Of a stretch of DNA of 64,000 bases, positions 1-9,500 are shown one piece after another. Position 1 is the stretch's first letter; each line of letters starts with the position of its first letter. Origin of the DNA: Prevotella sp. (GTDB taxonomy: Bacteria > Bacteroidota > Bacteroidia > Bacteroidales > Bacteroidaceae). The DNA lies in NCBI GenBank assembly GCA_017462915.1, contig JAFTQG010000046.1, forward strand, positions 15,856-79,855, given 5' to 3'. Below the pieces are notes generated by a model, which had not been told where the DNA came from, did not search any database, and saw only the letters and a program-made list of their open reading frames with translations. A program made the translations under genes and the position numbers.

Positions 1-517
1 TATTTATCATAATATGCGAAATACGGCTTTACGGAGAAGTCCGCCACGATTTCCCGCACGGATTTTGACGTTTTTCGGGCAAAAACATGACGGATTTCGG
101 CGAAAATCATGCCAGTTTACGGCATGAAACGTGACACTGAAATATACGAAGCGTGACACTTCATATTATCAAGTGTCACCTTTAGTATGACAAACAAATA
201 GGGCGCAAAACCGCAAAAATCCACAACAGGCTGAATGACAGCATATTGCATAAAGTGGGAATTCCTGTGATTTTCAGGATTTTCTCTCGAAAATTTTCCT
301 GCAAACGATTCTATAGGAGGAAAAATAGCGTGAGTTTTCAGTCACGAATCATATTTGAGATTATACAATGTTAATGCTATCCGAATACTACAGTTGCACA
401 GTTTAAGGCCAAGGTTGCGTTTTTTTGTAATCAATGACAGCTGTGTTAACAGTAATGTCTCCCAGAGCTTATATAGAAAAAGTATGTAAAATGTTTGGTA
501 TTTCGCAGACTTTTTTG

Positions 518-525
518 TAATTTTG
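518..525 (+). promoter_or_regulatory. candidate Bacteroidota -7 box TAATTTTG (consensus TAnnTTTG)
   Basis: Exact match to TAnnTTTG just upstream of the 530-1254 gene pair. It lies so close to ATG 530 that the real start may be ATG 557 or 584. Confidence 0.35.
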
Positions 526-529
526 CGAC

Positions 530-763
530 ATGATCCACAAAAAACATACAAATATTATGTGTAGAATAAATAAAGAAACGGTAATGCGTGCAAACGCAAA
601 AACGAAAAGCCGTCCTATCTCGGATATACGTATATCATCGACAGACAGGGACGTTATGGTAGTATCTGCACGCCATTACGGTGTGGATTATACCCACCAT
701 GTGACCGTATCTGAATTAAAGGCTTCTTATAGCCGTTCACTAAAGGGAATTATGAAACAATGA
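530..763 (+). CDS. small hypothetical protein (start uncertain: 530, 557 or 584)
   Basis: ORF track 77 aa. Its stop overlaps the next ATG (ATGA at 760-763), suggesting translational coupling. No family recognised. Confidence 0.35.
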   Translation: MIHKKHTNIMCRINKETVMRANAKTKSRPISDIRISSTDRDVMVVSARHYGVDYTHHVTVSELKASYSRSLKGIMKQ

Positions 764-1254
764 GTCGTCAATATAATTTCATATATAAGCAACTTGTTGA
801 CGGAGAAGGTGATATAACCGGACATGTGGCTTACTCTTTATATAAAATGGATAAAATCTGTTTTATTGAGAAATTCAAGAAAGAACATGATGGCAAGGAA
901 CCATCAGAGGAAGAATTCCGTCCTTTCCATGATATAGCATGCATGGATGCGAGCATCGAACGTTACAAGATGCACTCCATGTCAGTTCTTCAGACTTTTC
1001 TAAGCGACACATTGTCCAGCACGACAGAGCAGATAGAGAATGATTGTCGTAAACGCCACAAAGAAATGCTATCTGATATTGTAAGCGAGATGAAACCTAA
1101 AGGTTTTTTGAATGGTGTATTGCAAAGTGTTGTCGGTGCTTTTATCTTTATGCTATTACTGTGTGCATTGATGTTTGTCTTGCATTTGTCGGATACCAAG
1201 TACACAGTCACTATTGGCGGTAATGGTAATGCCAAGATAGAAACAAACAAATAA
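760..1254 (+). CDS. hypothetical protein with C-terminal transmembrane anchor
   Basis: 164-aa ORF with a hydrophobic stretch GVLQSVVGAFIFMLLLCALMFVLHL near the C-terminus, followed by a hairpin. No family recognised. Confidence 0.5.
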   Translation: MSRQYNFIYKQLVDGEGDITGHVAYSLYKMDKICFIEKFKKEHDGKEPSEEEFRPFHDIACMDASIERYKMHSMSVLQTFLSDTLSSTTEQIENDCRKRHKEMLSDIVSEMKPKGFLNGVLQSVVGAFIFMLLLCALMFVLHLSDTKYTVTIGGNGNAKIETNK

Positions 1255-1273
1255 AGACGTTATAAAAACAACA

Positions 1274-1315
1274 CAAGAAGTCCGCTGAGCATTGATTGCC
1301 TTGGCGGACTTCTTG
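1274..1315 (+). terminator. hairpin downstream of CDS 760-1254
   Basis: 12-bp perfect stem caagaagtccgc / gcggacttcttg with an 18-nt loop. The trailing T-tract is weak. Confidence 0.4.
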
Positions 1316-1493
1316 CTTATATGTGTGATACATGACGGAGATATAGCGGAATATCAGGCTTGTCAGAAGCGTGCCTACCAAAGGAAATTCCTAACAAAAT
1401 CCAACCACCAAACAATATGTCAATTAATGCCTATTATCCTTAATCTTTCACAAAAGTACCGACACAGGGATATGCTTTCCGACAAATAAGTCG

Positions 1494-1501
1494 TATATTT
1501 G
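1494..1501 (+). promoter_or_regulatory. candidate -7 box TATATTTG
   Basis: Matches TAnnTTTG and lies about 9 nt before the first 66-bp repeat. The repeats would therefore be transcribed as the leader of CDS 1734. Confidence 0.35.
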
Positions 1502-1509
1502 TAGAAGAT

Positions 1510-1697
1510 AAGCGGCATCTCGGCAATCCCAAACAAGTTTGATTGCGCTCGGTTTGCATTGCATTTGCATAAGGCAAGCGGCACCTCGGCAATCTCAAAC
1601 AAGTTTGATTGCACTCGGTTTGCATTGCATTTACATAAGGCAAGCGGCACCTCGGCAATCCCAAACAAGTTTGATTGCACTCGGTTTGCATTGCCTT
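1510..1697. repeat. tandem repeat, 3 copies of a 66-bp unit (third copy truncated)
   Basis: Units start at 1510, 1576 and 1642: aagcggcAYctcggcaatcYcaaacaagtttgattgcRctcggtttgcattgcatttRcataaggc. Copies are nearly identical. Each contains the small inverted repeat gcaatc/gattgc. Confidence 0.9.
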
Positions 1698-1733
1698 TCA
1701 AAACGGAAATTCCGTAACTGTCAGAAAACCATC

Positions 1734-2282
1734 ATGCTTCTACGTCTCCCAACACTCCTGCTCCTTCTGCTTCCATTGCACATGAAAGCACAGGAGAACA
1801 CGGCGGATACCGTTGCCGGGAGAGAACCAGCAAGAGCCTTCTGCGGAGTGATTGCCGACCAGCTCACGCGCGTTCCGCAACGCGATGTGTGCATATCCAT
1901 GAGCAACGGAAAGAGCGTCCACACATCATGGGACGGCAGATACACCATCAGCGACACGCTGTTTGCCACGGCAAGCATCACGAAACGCGGCTTTCTCACA
2001 CGACAACTGCGGCGCGACGAGTTCACGGACACACTGTTCCTGCTCCCTGCCTCGCGCACCATCGCAGAGGTGACGGTATGGGGAAAGCGCCGTGACCATG
2101 CCAATATCTTCACGCCGATGTCGAGAATCGACTCCGAACTCGCGGCGATAGGCGGCAATTTAGGATTCAATGCCCTCGGACTGATAGCCCTTATCGTAGA
2201 CAAGCTGAAACTCATTCCTGACCTGGAGAAAAAGAAAAAGATGAAGGAAGCGAAGAAACGCTTTGTCATAGAAAACTACTGA
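1734..2282 (+). CDS. secreted protein, carboxypeptidase-regulatory-like domain (tentative)
   Basis: The ATG at 1734 gives the signal peptide MLLRLPTLLLLLLPLHMKAQE. The N-terminal 65 aa in the ORF track are a read-through of the tandem repeat. The domain call is a weak recollection. Confidence 0.55.
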   Translation: MLLRLPTLLLLLLPLHMKAQENTADTVAGREPARAFCGVIADQLTRVPQRDVCISMSNGKSVHTSWDGRYTISDTLFATASITKRGFLTRQLRRDEFTDTLFLLPASRTIAEVTVWGKRRDHANIFTPMSRIDSELAAIGGNLGFNALGLIALIVDKLKLIPDLEKKKKMKEAKKRFVIENY

Positions 2283-2336
2283 CGCCCTCCCTGCCGCCTC
2301 TGACCGTGAGGGCCTGCAAGCGCAGAGACGGCTGTT

Positions 2337-2532
2337 AAGTAAGTCACTGAAATTAATGTATAGTATAAATCTTGGTTGTTTTTGAGATGTTTCCGTTTTG
2401 GAACGAAGGAGCATAGCGGGCTATGTGACTGAGTGAAAAGGCGGAAACAGCCAAAAAGAACAAGGGTTATACATACAAGATCAAGCACTTGATTTATAAT
2501 AGATAGTAGCGTTTAATTTCAGTGACTTACTT
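2337..2532. mobile_element. MITE-like long-hairpin element, copy 1 (196 bp)
   Basis: About 85 percent identical by eye, in the same orientation, to 47955-48153. Terminal inverted repeats are aagtaagtcac...gtgacttactt. It is flanked by TA on both sides, the interior is an imperfect palindrome, and no ORF is conserved between the copies. Confidence 0.6.
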
Positions 2533-2565
2533 ATCTATGTCAAGATTCAGGAAAACAAAGACAAT

Positions 2566-3906
2566 ATGAACAACAACAGAGACTCTTTAGACTTCTCAAA
2601 AGAGCCGGTGGGACGGCTTTTCCGCAAGATGTTCCTGCCCACGCTCATAGGTATGGTGTCGATGGTGGTGCTCAACATCACCGACGGCGCCTTTGTCGGC
2701 CACGGTGTAGGCAGCGACGCCTTGGCGGCGGTGAACATCGTGGCACCGTTATACATGATTGTCAGCGGCATAGGACTGATGTTCGGCATAGGCGGCAGCG
2801 TCGTGGCGAGCATACATCTCTCGAAGGGAAACGTCAAGGCCGCCAACATAAACCTCACGCAGAGCGTCATGGCGAGTGTCGCCGTGGGCATCGTGCTCGG
2901 GGCGTTGGTCTTCATGTTCCAGAGGGAGACATGCCTCCTCTTCGGCTGCTCGGAAGCGCTAATACCGCTCGCCTGCTCATACATAAAGTGGGTGGCGTTG
3001 CTCACTCCGTTCAACATGTTCGGCATGACAGGCATGTTCATGGTAAGACTTGACGGCAACCCGAAGTTTGCCATGGGCGTAAACTGCGGCATTGCGGCAC
3101 TGAACATCCTGCTCGACTACCTCCTCGTCTTCCCCATGCAGATGGGACTTGAAGGTGCGGCGATAGCCACCCTGACGGCTTTCGGTTCCGGCTGCATACC
3201 GCTGGCGTGGTTTCTGCTGACAAGGACAAAGACCGTGCATTTCCGCAGGATAAAGGCCAGCAGGACAAGTGTCGCGCTCACCGCACGCAACCTCGGCTAT
3301 CAGATGAAAATCGGGGCATCGGGACTGCTCGGCGAACTGGCCTTGTCTTCGACGATAATCGTCGGCAACTATGTCTTCATACACTACCTCGGCGAGGACG
3401 GCGTGGCGGCCTTCTCGGTAGGATGCTACTGCCTGCCTATCGTCTTCATGATAGGCAACGCCATAGTGCAGAGCGTACAGCCGATAATCAGTTTCGCCCA
3501 CGGCATGAACGATGACGCAAGGCTTGCCAGCGCACGGCGCATAGCCTTCGGCACAGCCGCCATAACGGGCATCGTCGGAATGCTCTCGATATGGTTCGGG
3601 GCAGGCATAATTGCCGTGACGTTCATGGAACCGGGCTGTCATGCCTACGAACTGTGTCGCGACGGACTGCCCTACTATTCCCCAGCATTCCTTTTCATCG
3701 CCGTGAATGTCGTGATGACAGGTTATCTGCAGAGCGTCGAGGAAGCGCGTAAGGCCATGGTCTTCACCGCGTTGCGAGGCTTCCTCTTCTCCATACCGTG
3801 CTTTATCATCCTCCCGATGGTCGTCGGCGACTATGGCGCATGGCTCGCCCTGCCACTTGCCGAGGCAATGACCACGGCGGTGATGGCATGGAGGTTGTAC
3901 GGTTAA
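2566..3906 (+). CDS. MATE family efflux transporter
   Basis: 446 aa and polytopic. The N-terminus (KEPVGRLFRKMFLPTLIGMVSMVVLNITDGAFVGHGVGSDALAAVNIVAP) is typical of MATE/NorM-like proteins. Confidence 0.85.
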   Translation: MNNNRDSLDFSKEPVGRLFRKMFLPTLIGMVSMVVLNITDGAFVGHGVGSDALAAVNIVAPLYMIVSGIGLMFGIGGSVVASIHLSKGNVKAANINLTQSVMASVAVGIVLGALVFMFQRETCLLFGCSEALIPLACSYIKWVALLTPFNMFGMTGMFMVRLDGNPKFAMGVNCGIAALNILLDYLLVFPMQMGLEGAAIATLTAFGSGCIPLAWFLLTRTKTVHFRRIKASRTSVALTARNLGYQMKIGASGLLGELALSSTIIVGNYVFIHYLGEDGVAAFSVGCYCLPIVFMIGNAIVQSVQPIISFAHGMNDDARLASARRIAFGTAAITGIVGMLSIWFGAGIIAVTFMEPGCHAYELCRDGLPYYSPAFLFIAVNVVMTGYLQSVEEARKAMVFTALRGFLFSIPCFIILPMVVGDYGAWLALPLAEAMTTAVMAWRLYG

Positions 3907-4016
3907 GCGGTCATACGGTCAGGCGGTTGAGCGGTTTCAGGAGTGATAGCTGATATAGCCGGGATAGCCGCTATAGAAACTATTATGGCTATATCGGCTA
4001 TTACGGCTATAAAAAC
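3905..4016 (+). repeat. stop-anchored repeat tract: GU-rich 8-mers (RNRCGGTY x4) then a palindromic run of 9-mers (ATAGCCG / CGGCTAT)
   Basis: Starts in the MATE stop codon. 3905-3937 reads aagcggtc atacggtc aggcggtt gagcggtt. 3944-4016 has three ATAGCC-type 9-mers followed by three GGCTAT-type 9-mers. There is no AC-rich arm at this locus. Confidence 0.6.
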
Positions 4017-4040
4017 CACACTTCCGGCCTCAACAAAAAA

Positions 4041-4077
4041 ATCAGGGCAAGCGGCTTGCAACAGCCACTTGCCCTGA
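4041..4077. terminator. bidirectional rho-independent terminator between convergent MATE and ddh genes
   Basis: Stem atcagggcaagcggc / gccacttgccctgat (one mismatch) and loop ttgcaac. An A-run lies on the left and a T-run on the right. Confidence 0.75.
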
Positions 4078-4110
4078 TTTGCGTCTATATCTGTAACAGG
4101 GAGGACAACC

Positions 4111-5010
4111 TTATACGAGATGCTTGATGATGCTCTCGCGGTCTCCTGGCAGATAGTCGATGACAGGAATCTCTATCATCGTGTAGCATCCCGGCTGCTG
4201 ACGCAGGGAGGCACGTGCCACATTGACAAGCACCTGTGCCGTGAGGGCTGGGTTGTTTATCTTCATATTGAACTCGAACAGCTGGTTGTGGGTCTTGCCG
4301 GACACGCCCTTGCGGGTGAGATTGACACCATGGCCTACATCGTTGAGGGCATCCACGCTGTCCACCTGGAACACATGGGTCTCGTCACTGGCAAAGTACG
4401 GATCGGTCTTGATGGCCTTTACAACCTCCTCAAACACAGCACCTTCCTCCAACTCGACATATACCATACGGCGGTGTATGCCCTCGCCTACAGGAATTGT
4501 CATGGAGAGAGCGTCCTTGACACCAGCCTTTGAACGCACGCAGACGGAGTGTCCCATGGAGCGTCCCGGACCGAAATTGGTGTAAGAGAGGCCTTTAGGA
4601 GCAAGAGACTCCATCAGTGTGCGCACGACAGAGTCGGAACCCGGGTCCCATCCTGCCGCTATCACGCTGACAGTGCCTGTCTCCTTGTTGAGCTTGTCGA
4701 GCGTGCGGCGGTACTCAACGATAGACCCGTGGATGTCAAAGGAGTCCACTGTATTTATGCCGAGAGGCAGTATCTGACGGGCATACTCCTCGCAGGAGCG
4801 TGTAGGAGTGGCGAGAATGGCTACATCAACGTCACCAAGCTCCTTTATATCCTTTACTACCTTGTAGTCGGACAGTTCCTTCGGACAGTTCTCTGCACCG
4901 TTGCGGCGCACGATACCGGCTATCTCAAAATCCTCTGCTGCCTCAAGAGCCTCAACGGTGAAGCGGCCTATGTTGCCGTAACCTACTACGGCAGCTCTAA
5001 TTTTTCCCAT
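4111..5010 (-). CDS. ddh: meso-diaminopimelate D-dehydrogenase
   Basis: 299 aa with the N-terminal Rossmann motif MGKIRAAVVGYGNIGR. Length and sequence are typical of Bacteroides-type Ddh. Confidence 0.85.
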   Translation of the reverse strand: MGKIRAAVVGYGNIGRFTVEALEAAEDFEIAGIVRRNGAENCPKELSDYKVVKDIKELGDVDVAILATPTRSCEEYARQILPLGINTVDSFDIHGSIVEYRRTLDKLNKETGTVSVIAAGWDPGSDSVVRTLMESLAPKGLSYTNFGPGRSMGHSVCVRSKAGVKDALSMTIPVGEGIHRRMVYVELEEGAVFEEVVKAIKTDPYFASDETHVFQVDSVDALNDVGHGVNLTRKGVSGKTHNQLFEFNMKINNPALTAQVLVNVARASLRQQPGCYTMIEIPVIDYLPGDRESIIKHLV

Positions 5011-5151
5011 ATCTTTCCTTTGTTTTAATTAATGATTTCCAGTGGATTTCATCAAAGTCTCATAAGTCACCTGCCACGAAAGGACATTACATTTTAGTCG
5101 CAGGCATAGCCAAACGGTGGCTTTATGTAAGCCTTTTGATGTTTCCGAGTG

Positions 5152-5159
5152 CAAAATTA
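5152..5159 (-). promoter_or_regulatory. candidate -7 box (TAATTTTG on minus strand) for ddh
   Basis: The plus strand reads caaaatta, about 140 nt upstream of the ddh ATG. Confidence 0.3.
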
Positions 5160-5269
5160 GCAACATTTATTGAATAATTCTTACCATTTGTCCGTTTTCT
5201 TTTCCTGAGTAATATTATTTAACACAAATATCATCCTCCTATACAATAAACTGCGCCCTCGTGCGTTAT

Positions 5270-5277
5270 TATATTTG
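5270..5277 (+). promoter_or_regulatory. candidate -7 box TATATTTG for ruvA
   Basis: TAnnTTTG match 28 nt upstream of ATG 5305. Confidence 0.4.
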
Positions 5278-5304
5278 TACACACGTATCAGAAACGGATT
5301 TATC

Positions 5305-5946
5305 ATGATAGAATATATAAAAGGCAAACTGACGGAGCTCACTCCTGCTATGGCTGTAATAGAGGCCGGAGGCGTGGGCTACGGGCTATGCATCACTCTG
5401 AATACATACACATCCCTGCAGGCGGTGAAGGGCAAGGACAACGGCGAGGACACAAAACTGTATGTCCACGAACAGCTCGTAACGGGAGGAAGGGACGACT
5501 CGTTCACGCTCTACGGCTTCTCGTCAAAGCAGGAACGCGAACTTTACCGGTTGCTGATAACAGTAAACGGTGTCGGCGGAAACACCGCACGGATGATTCT
5601 CTCGGCAACGACGCCGGGAGACCTGTGCAACACCATAGCGAGCGGCAACGAGAAGATGCTCAAGACAGTAAAGGGCATCGGTCCTAAAGCGGCGCAGAGG
5701 ATTATACTCGAACTGAGGGACAAGATCGTTTCCCTCGGCATCACCGACGAGCTCCACGCCAGTGCCGGCACTGACGGTGCGGCGACAACGGTGAATACCG
5801 GCATACGCGACGAGGCCGTGGCTGCCCTGACGGCTCTCGGTTTCTCACCGGCACCGTCGGCAAAGGCCGTCACGGAGATTCTCAGGGAGACTCCCGACGC
5901 TCCTGTGGAGCAGGTGATAAAGATAGCATTGAAGATGATAAAGTAA
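5305..5946 (+). CDS. ruvA: Holliday junction branch migration complex subunit RuvA
   Basis: [28 protein letters not shown] and the later [14 protein letters not shown] helix-hairpin-helix are typical RuvA. The ORF-track start at 5275 is a TTG, and ATG 5305 fits the conserved N-terminus. Confidence 0.9.
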   Translation: MIEYIKGKLTELTPAMAVIEAGGVGYGLCITLNTYTSLQAVKGKDNGEDTKLYVHEQLVTGGRDDSFTLYGFSSKQERELYRLLITVNGVGGNTARMILSATTPGDLCNTIASGNEKMLKTVKGIGPKAAQRIILELRDKIVSLGITDELHASAGTDGAATTVNTGIRDEAVAALTALGFSPAPSAKAVTEILRETPDAPVEQVIKIALKMIK

Positions 5947-6023
5947 GTGGGCGACATCTCTTTCATACTTGACTGCATAACATAAACCTCATCACGCTCA
6001 CTTACATAAAAAGCGATTCTGGC

Positions 6024-6566
6024 TTGAATAAACTGAGAAACATTGCGACATGGATACTCGTCAGCGCATTTACTGTGCTGACAGGATATGCCATGACCAT
6101 GCCGCAGACGACAAGACCGCAGGACAACAAAAAGGACGGCAAGGAGAAAAAGGACTCGCTGACAACAAAGCTCGACGAGATTCTCGTGATAGACACTGAG
6201 GATATCCCTGACTCTCTGCTGCATCCGCGATGGAAAATACAGAGGACAATTCCGGCAACTTTCGAGGATCTGAAACAGGGTTCGGCAGACCTCAAGCGTC
6301 CCGAGAACCTCGAACAGAAGATAGAATACAACGACTCCATTGACCGATATGTCATAGGCTACAGGATGGGCGGCACGTATATCGATGCTCCTATGATGCT
6401 CACTCTCGACGAATACCTGGACTATATAGGCAAGCAACAGCGTGCACAGTATTACCGCAGCAAGAATTCCGAGATATTCGAGAAGAGGGCAAGGAGAAAT
6501 TTGATTTCACTGACATGCACTTCGACCTTGGACCGGCTGAGAAAATCTTCGGCCCCGGCGGCGTGA
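6024..6566 (+). CDS. sprA: SprA N-terminal fragment (signal peptide plus first ~155 aa), separated from the main ORF by an apparent 1-nt frameshift near 6485
   Basis: It reads like the SprA N-terminus up to ..YYRSKNSEIFEK. The other frame then continues EGKEKFDFTDMHFDLGPAEKIFGPGG. Confidence 0.6.
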   Translation: MNKLRNIATWILVSAFTVLTGYAMTMPQTTRPQDNKKDGKEKKDSLTTKLDEILVIDTEDIPDSLLHPRWKIQRTIPATFEDLKQGSADLKRPENLEQKIEYNDSIDRYVIGYRMGGTYIDAPMMLTLDEYLDYIGKQQRAQYYRSKNSEIFEKRARRNLISLTCTSTLDRLRKSSAPAA

Positions 6567-9500
6567 GAATAAAGACACAGGGTACCGCCGAACTGCGATT
6601 CGGCGCGACAATCAAGAAGATTGACAACCCTTCTCTCCCTATACGCAACAGGAAGACTACAGCGATTGATTTCGATGAGAAGATTAATGTCAATGTGACA
6701 GGTAAGGTCGGCGACAAGGTGAATATGGGTCTCAGTTACAATACTGACGCGACATTCAACTTCGACCAGCAGAACATAAAGCTGAAATACGAGGGAAAGG
6801 AGGACGAGATAATCAAGCTCGTGGAGGCTGGTAACGTCTCTTTCCCTTCCAACTCGTCACTCGTGCAGGGCGCGTCGTCGCTGTTCGGTATACGCACCGA
6901 CCTGCAGTTCGGTAAACTGAAGCTGCAGACTGTGCTTTCGCAGAAGAAATCAAACTCTTCAAGCGTGAGCACAAAGGGCGGCGTACAGCTGACTCCGTTT
7001 GAGATAGACGTGGCGAACTATGAGGAGAACCGACACTTCTTCCTGTCAAATTTCTTCCGTGCACAGTATGACAAAGGCATGGCGTCCCTGCCGAACATCA
7101 CCACAGGAGTGAAGATAAACCGTGTGGAGGTGTGGGTGACAAACAAATCGGGCGCAACGACAAACACCAGAAATGTCATCGCACTGACAGACCTCGGCGA
7201 GGCTCAGAAGATAAGCAACAGCATGTGGGGCGGAGACAAGGGCAACGATTTCCCGTCAAGCAACGCCGCAAATACCGAATACGCGACCATGGTGAGCACA
7301 CTGCAGGATGCGCGCGACATAGACCTCACATCGACGACTCTCGACGGATACAGCCTTGTCGGTGGCGCGGACTATGAGAAGATAGAGCGTGCGCGCCAGC
7401 TGTCATCGTCGGAGTACAGCATAAACCAGTATCTCGGATATATCTCCCTGAAGACAACGCTGCAGACAGACCAGGTGCTTGCCGTGGCATACGAATACAC
7501 ATACGGCGGACAGACATACCAGGTGGGCGAGTTTGCGTCAGACCAGCCGGACAATTCCAAGGCTCTCTTCGTGAAGTCTCTAAAGAACACGTCGAACAAT
7601 CCACAGCAGGGCAACTGGCCGCTGATGATGAAAAACGTCTACTACCTTGCCTCAAGCGTGGAGAAGACAAAGTTCAGACTGGACGTGAAATTCCAGTCTG
7701 ACTCTGCAGGCGTATACCTTACATACATCCCTGAACAACAGGTGAAGGGCACTCCGCTGATAAGACTTCTCGGCGCGGACCGCCTTGACAATAACAACAA
7801 AGCCCACTCCAACGGCTATTTTGACTTTGTCGAGGGCTATACCGTAAGCAACGGCAGGGTATTCTTCCCTAAAGTAGAACCTTTCGGCAGCTATCTCTAT
7901 GAGACTCTCAGAAGCCAAGGCGTGCCAAACCCTGAGAAATACGCATATACAGAGCTGTATGACTCCACGAAAACCATCGCAAAACAGATTGCGGAGAAAA
8001 ACAAATTCGTGCTGTCAGGACAGTTCAAGGGCACTTCGTCCAATGTCATCTCCCTCGGAGCGTATAATGTTCCGCGCGGTTCTGTCATAGTCACGGCAGG
8101 AGGAGTGGTGTTGACGGAAGGGACAGACTATTCTGTCGACTATGCCGCAGGAGAGGTTACGATACTCAACCAGAGCATCATCGATGCCGGAACAAACATA
8201 AATGTCTCGCTCGAAAGCGACACTGACTATGGGCAACAGAGGAAGACGATGGTGGGAATCAACTGGGAATATGACTTCTCCAAGGACTTCCAGATGTCGG
8301 GAACATTCCAGCATCTTTCCGAACAGGCACTTACGACCAAGGTCACCATGGGCTCCGAACCTCTGAAGAATACTCTCTGGGGAGTGAACCTGAACTGGAA
8401 GAAGGAATCGCAGTGGCTCACGAATATACTCGACAAGCTGCCTTTCCTTCATCTCACGGCACCTTCTTCGATACAGGTGTCCGCCGAGTTTGCACAACTC
8501 ATAGCCGGCACAGCCAGCGGAACGCAGGACAACGCATCGTATCTTGACGACTTCGAGAACACCACAAACAAGATTGATGTCTCCACTCCGACATCATGGA
8601 CGCTGTCAAGCGTGCCGACAATGTTCGAGGAGTCCAAGGACAAGAGCACTCTCGCAAGCGGCTTCAACCGCTCGCTCCTCGCATGGTACAATATCGACCC
8701 TCTTTTCACACGTCAGGGCTCGTCACTGACGCCAGGACATATCAAGGGCGATCTCGCACAGCTCTCCAACCATTACGTACGTGAGGTGTATGTCAGCGAA
8801 CTTTTCCCTAACCGCGACCAAAGCACTTACAACGGAGCGGTAAGCACCTTGCCTATACTTAACCTCGCATATTATCCTGACGAGCGTGGACCGTACAACT
8901 TCACTACAGCTCTTGACGATAAAGGCCACCTTACCATGCCGAAGCGCAGCTGGGGCGGTATGATGAGGAAACTGGACACGTCGGACTTCGAAACCGCCAA
9001 CGTCGAGTACATTGAGTTCTGGATGCTCGACCCGTTCATCAATTCACAGAACGGATATTCCGATACCCAAGGTATGGGAGGAGACATGTATTTCAACCTC
9101 GGCGAGGTGAGCGAGGACATCCTTCGTGACGGAAAGAAATTCTACGAGAGCGGCATGCCGACAGACGGTTCGCAGGCTTTCACCACGACCCAGTGGGGAA
9201 AGATTCCTACACAGGCCGCCGTGACATACGCCTTCTCAACTGCTTCTGGAACAAGACACTTGCAGGATGTAGGATATAACGGTCTGACAGATGACGAGGA
9301 GCGCAGCTTCGAGGGATACCGCACATTCCTCGACTATGTCAATGCCACATACAGCGGTAACGACTCTGTATACAACGCCATAATGAACGACCCCGCAGGC
9401 GACGACTATCAGTATTTCCGCAGCTCCGATTTCGACAACCGGCAGACTCCTATCCTCGAACGTTACAAGCGCATAAACAATCCGCAGGGCAACTCTCCCG

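Noticed and set aside
1510-1697. Possible CRISPR array
   Set aside because: The whole 66-bp unit repeats with no unique spacers, there are only three copies, and there are no cas genes in the window.
1420-1701. Minus-strand ORFs (93 and 83 aa) with internally repeated peptides, and the N-terminal 65 aa of ORF 1539-2282
   Set aside because: They are translations of the 66-bp tandem repeat. The real gene starts at ATG 1734, which gives a clean signal peptide.
2401-2450. Hammerhead-like words (ctgagtga ... gaaac) in the apex of the MITE-like element
   Set aside because: The core does not fit CUGANGA...GAAA: position 8 is U, not G. No proper three-way junction can be drawn.
5011-5150. Possible lysine riboswitch in the ~140-nt ddh leader
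   Set aside because: The leader lacks the conserved lysine-riboswitch core words (for example the AGAGGCGC-type P1/P2 junction) and is too short for the five-helix fold.
5544-6437. 297-aa minus-strand ORF across the ruvA/sprA junction, and many other long antisense ORFs (e.g. 2977-3642, 8015-8497, 10282-10975, 12148-12726, 16109-16864, 23136-23669, 27851-28498, 29469-30257, 31333-32190, 38170-38652)
   Set aside because: Each lies antisense to a gene with strong family motifs. They have arginine/cysteine/histidine-rich low-complexity composition and no recognisable motifs, which is typical of shadow ORFs.
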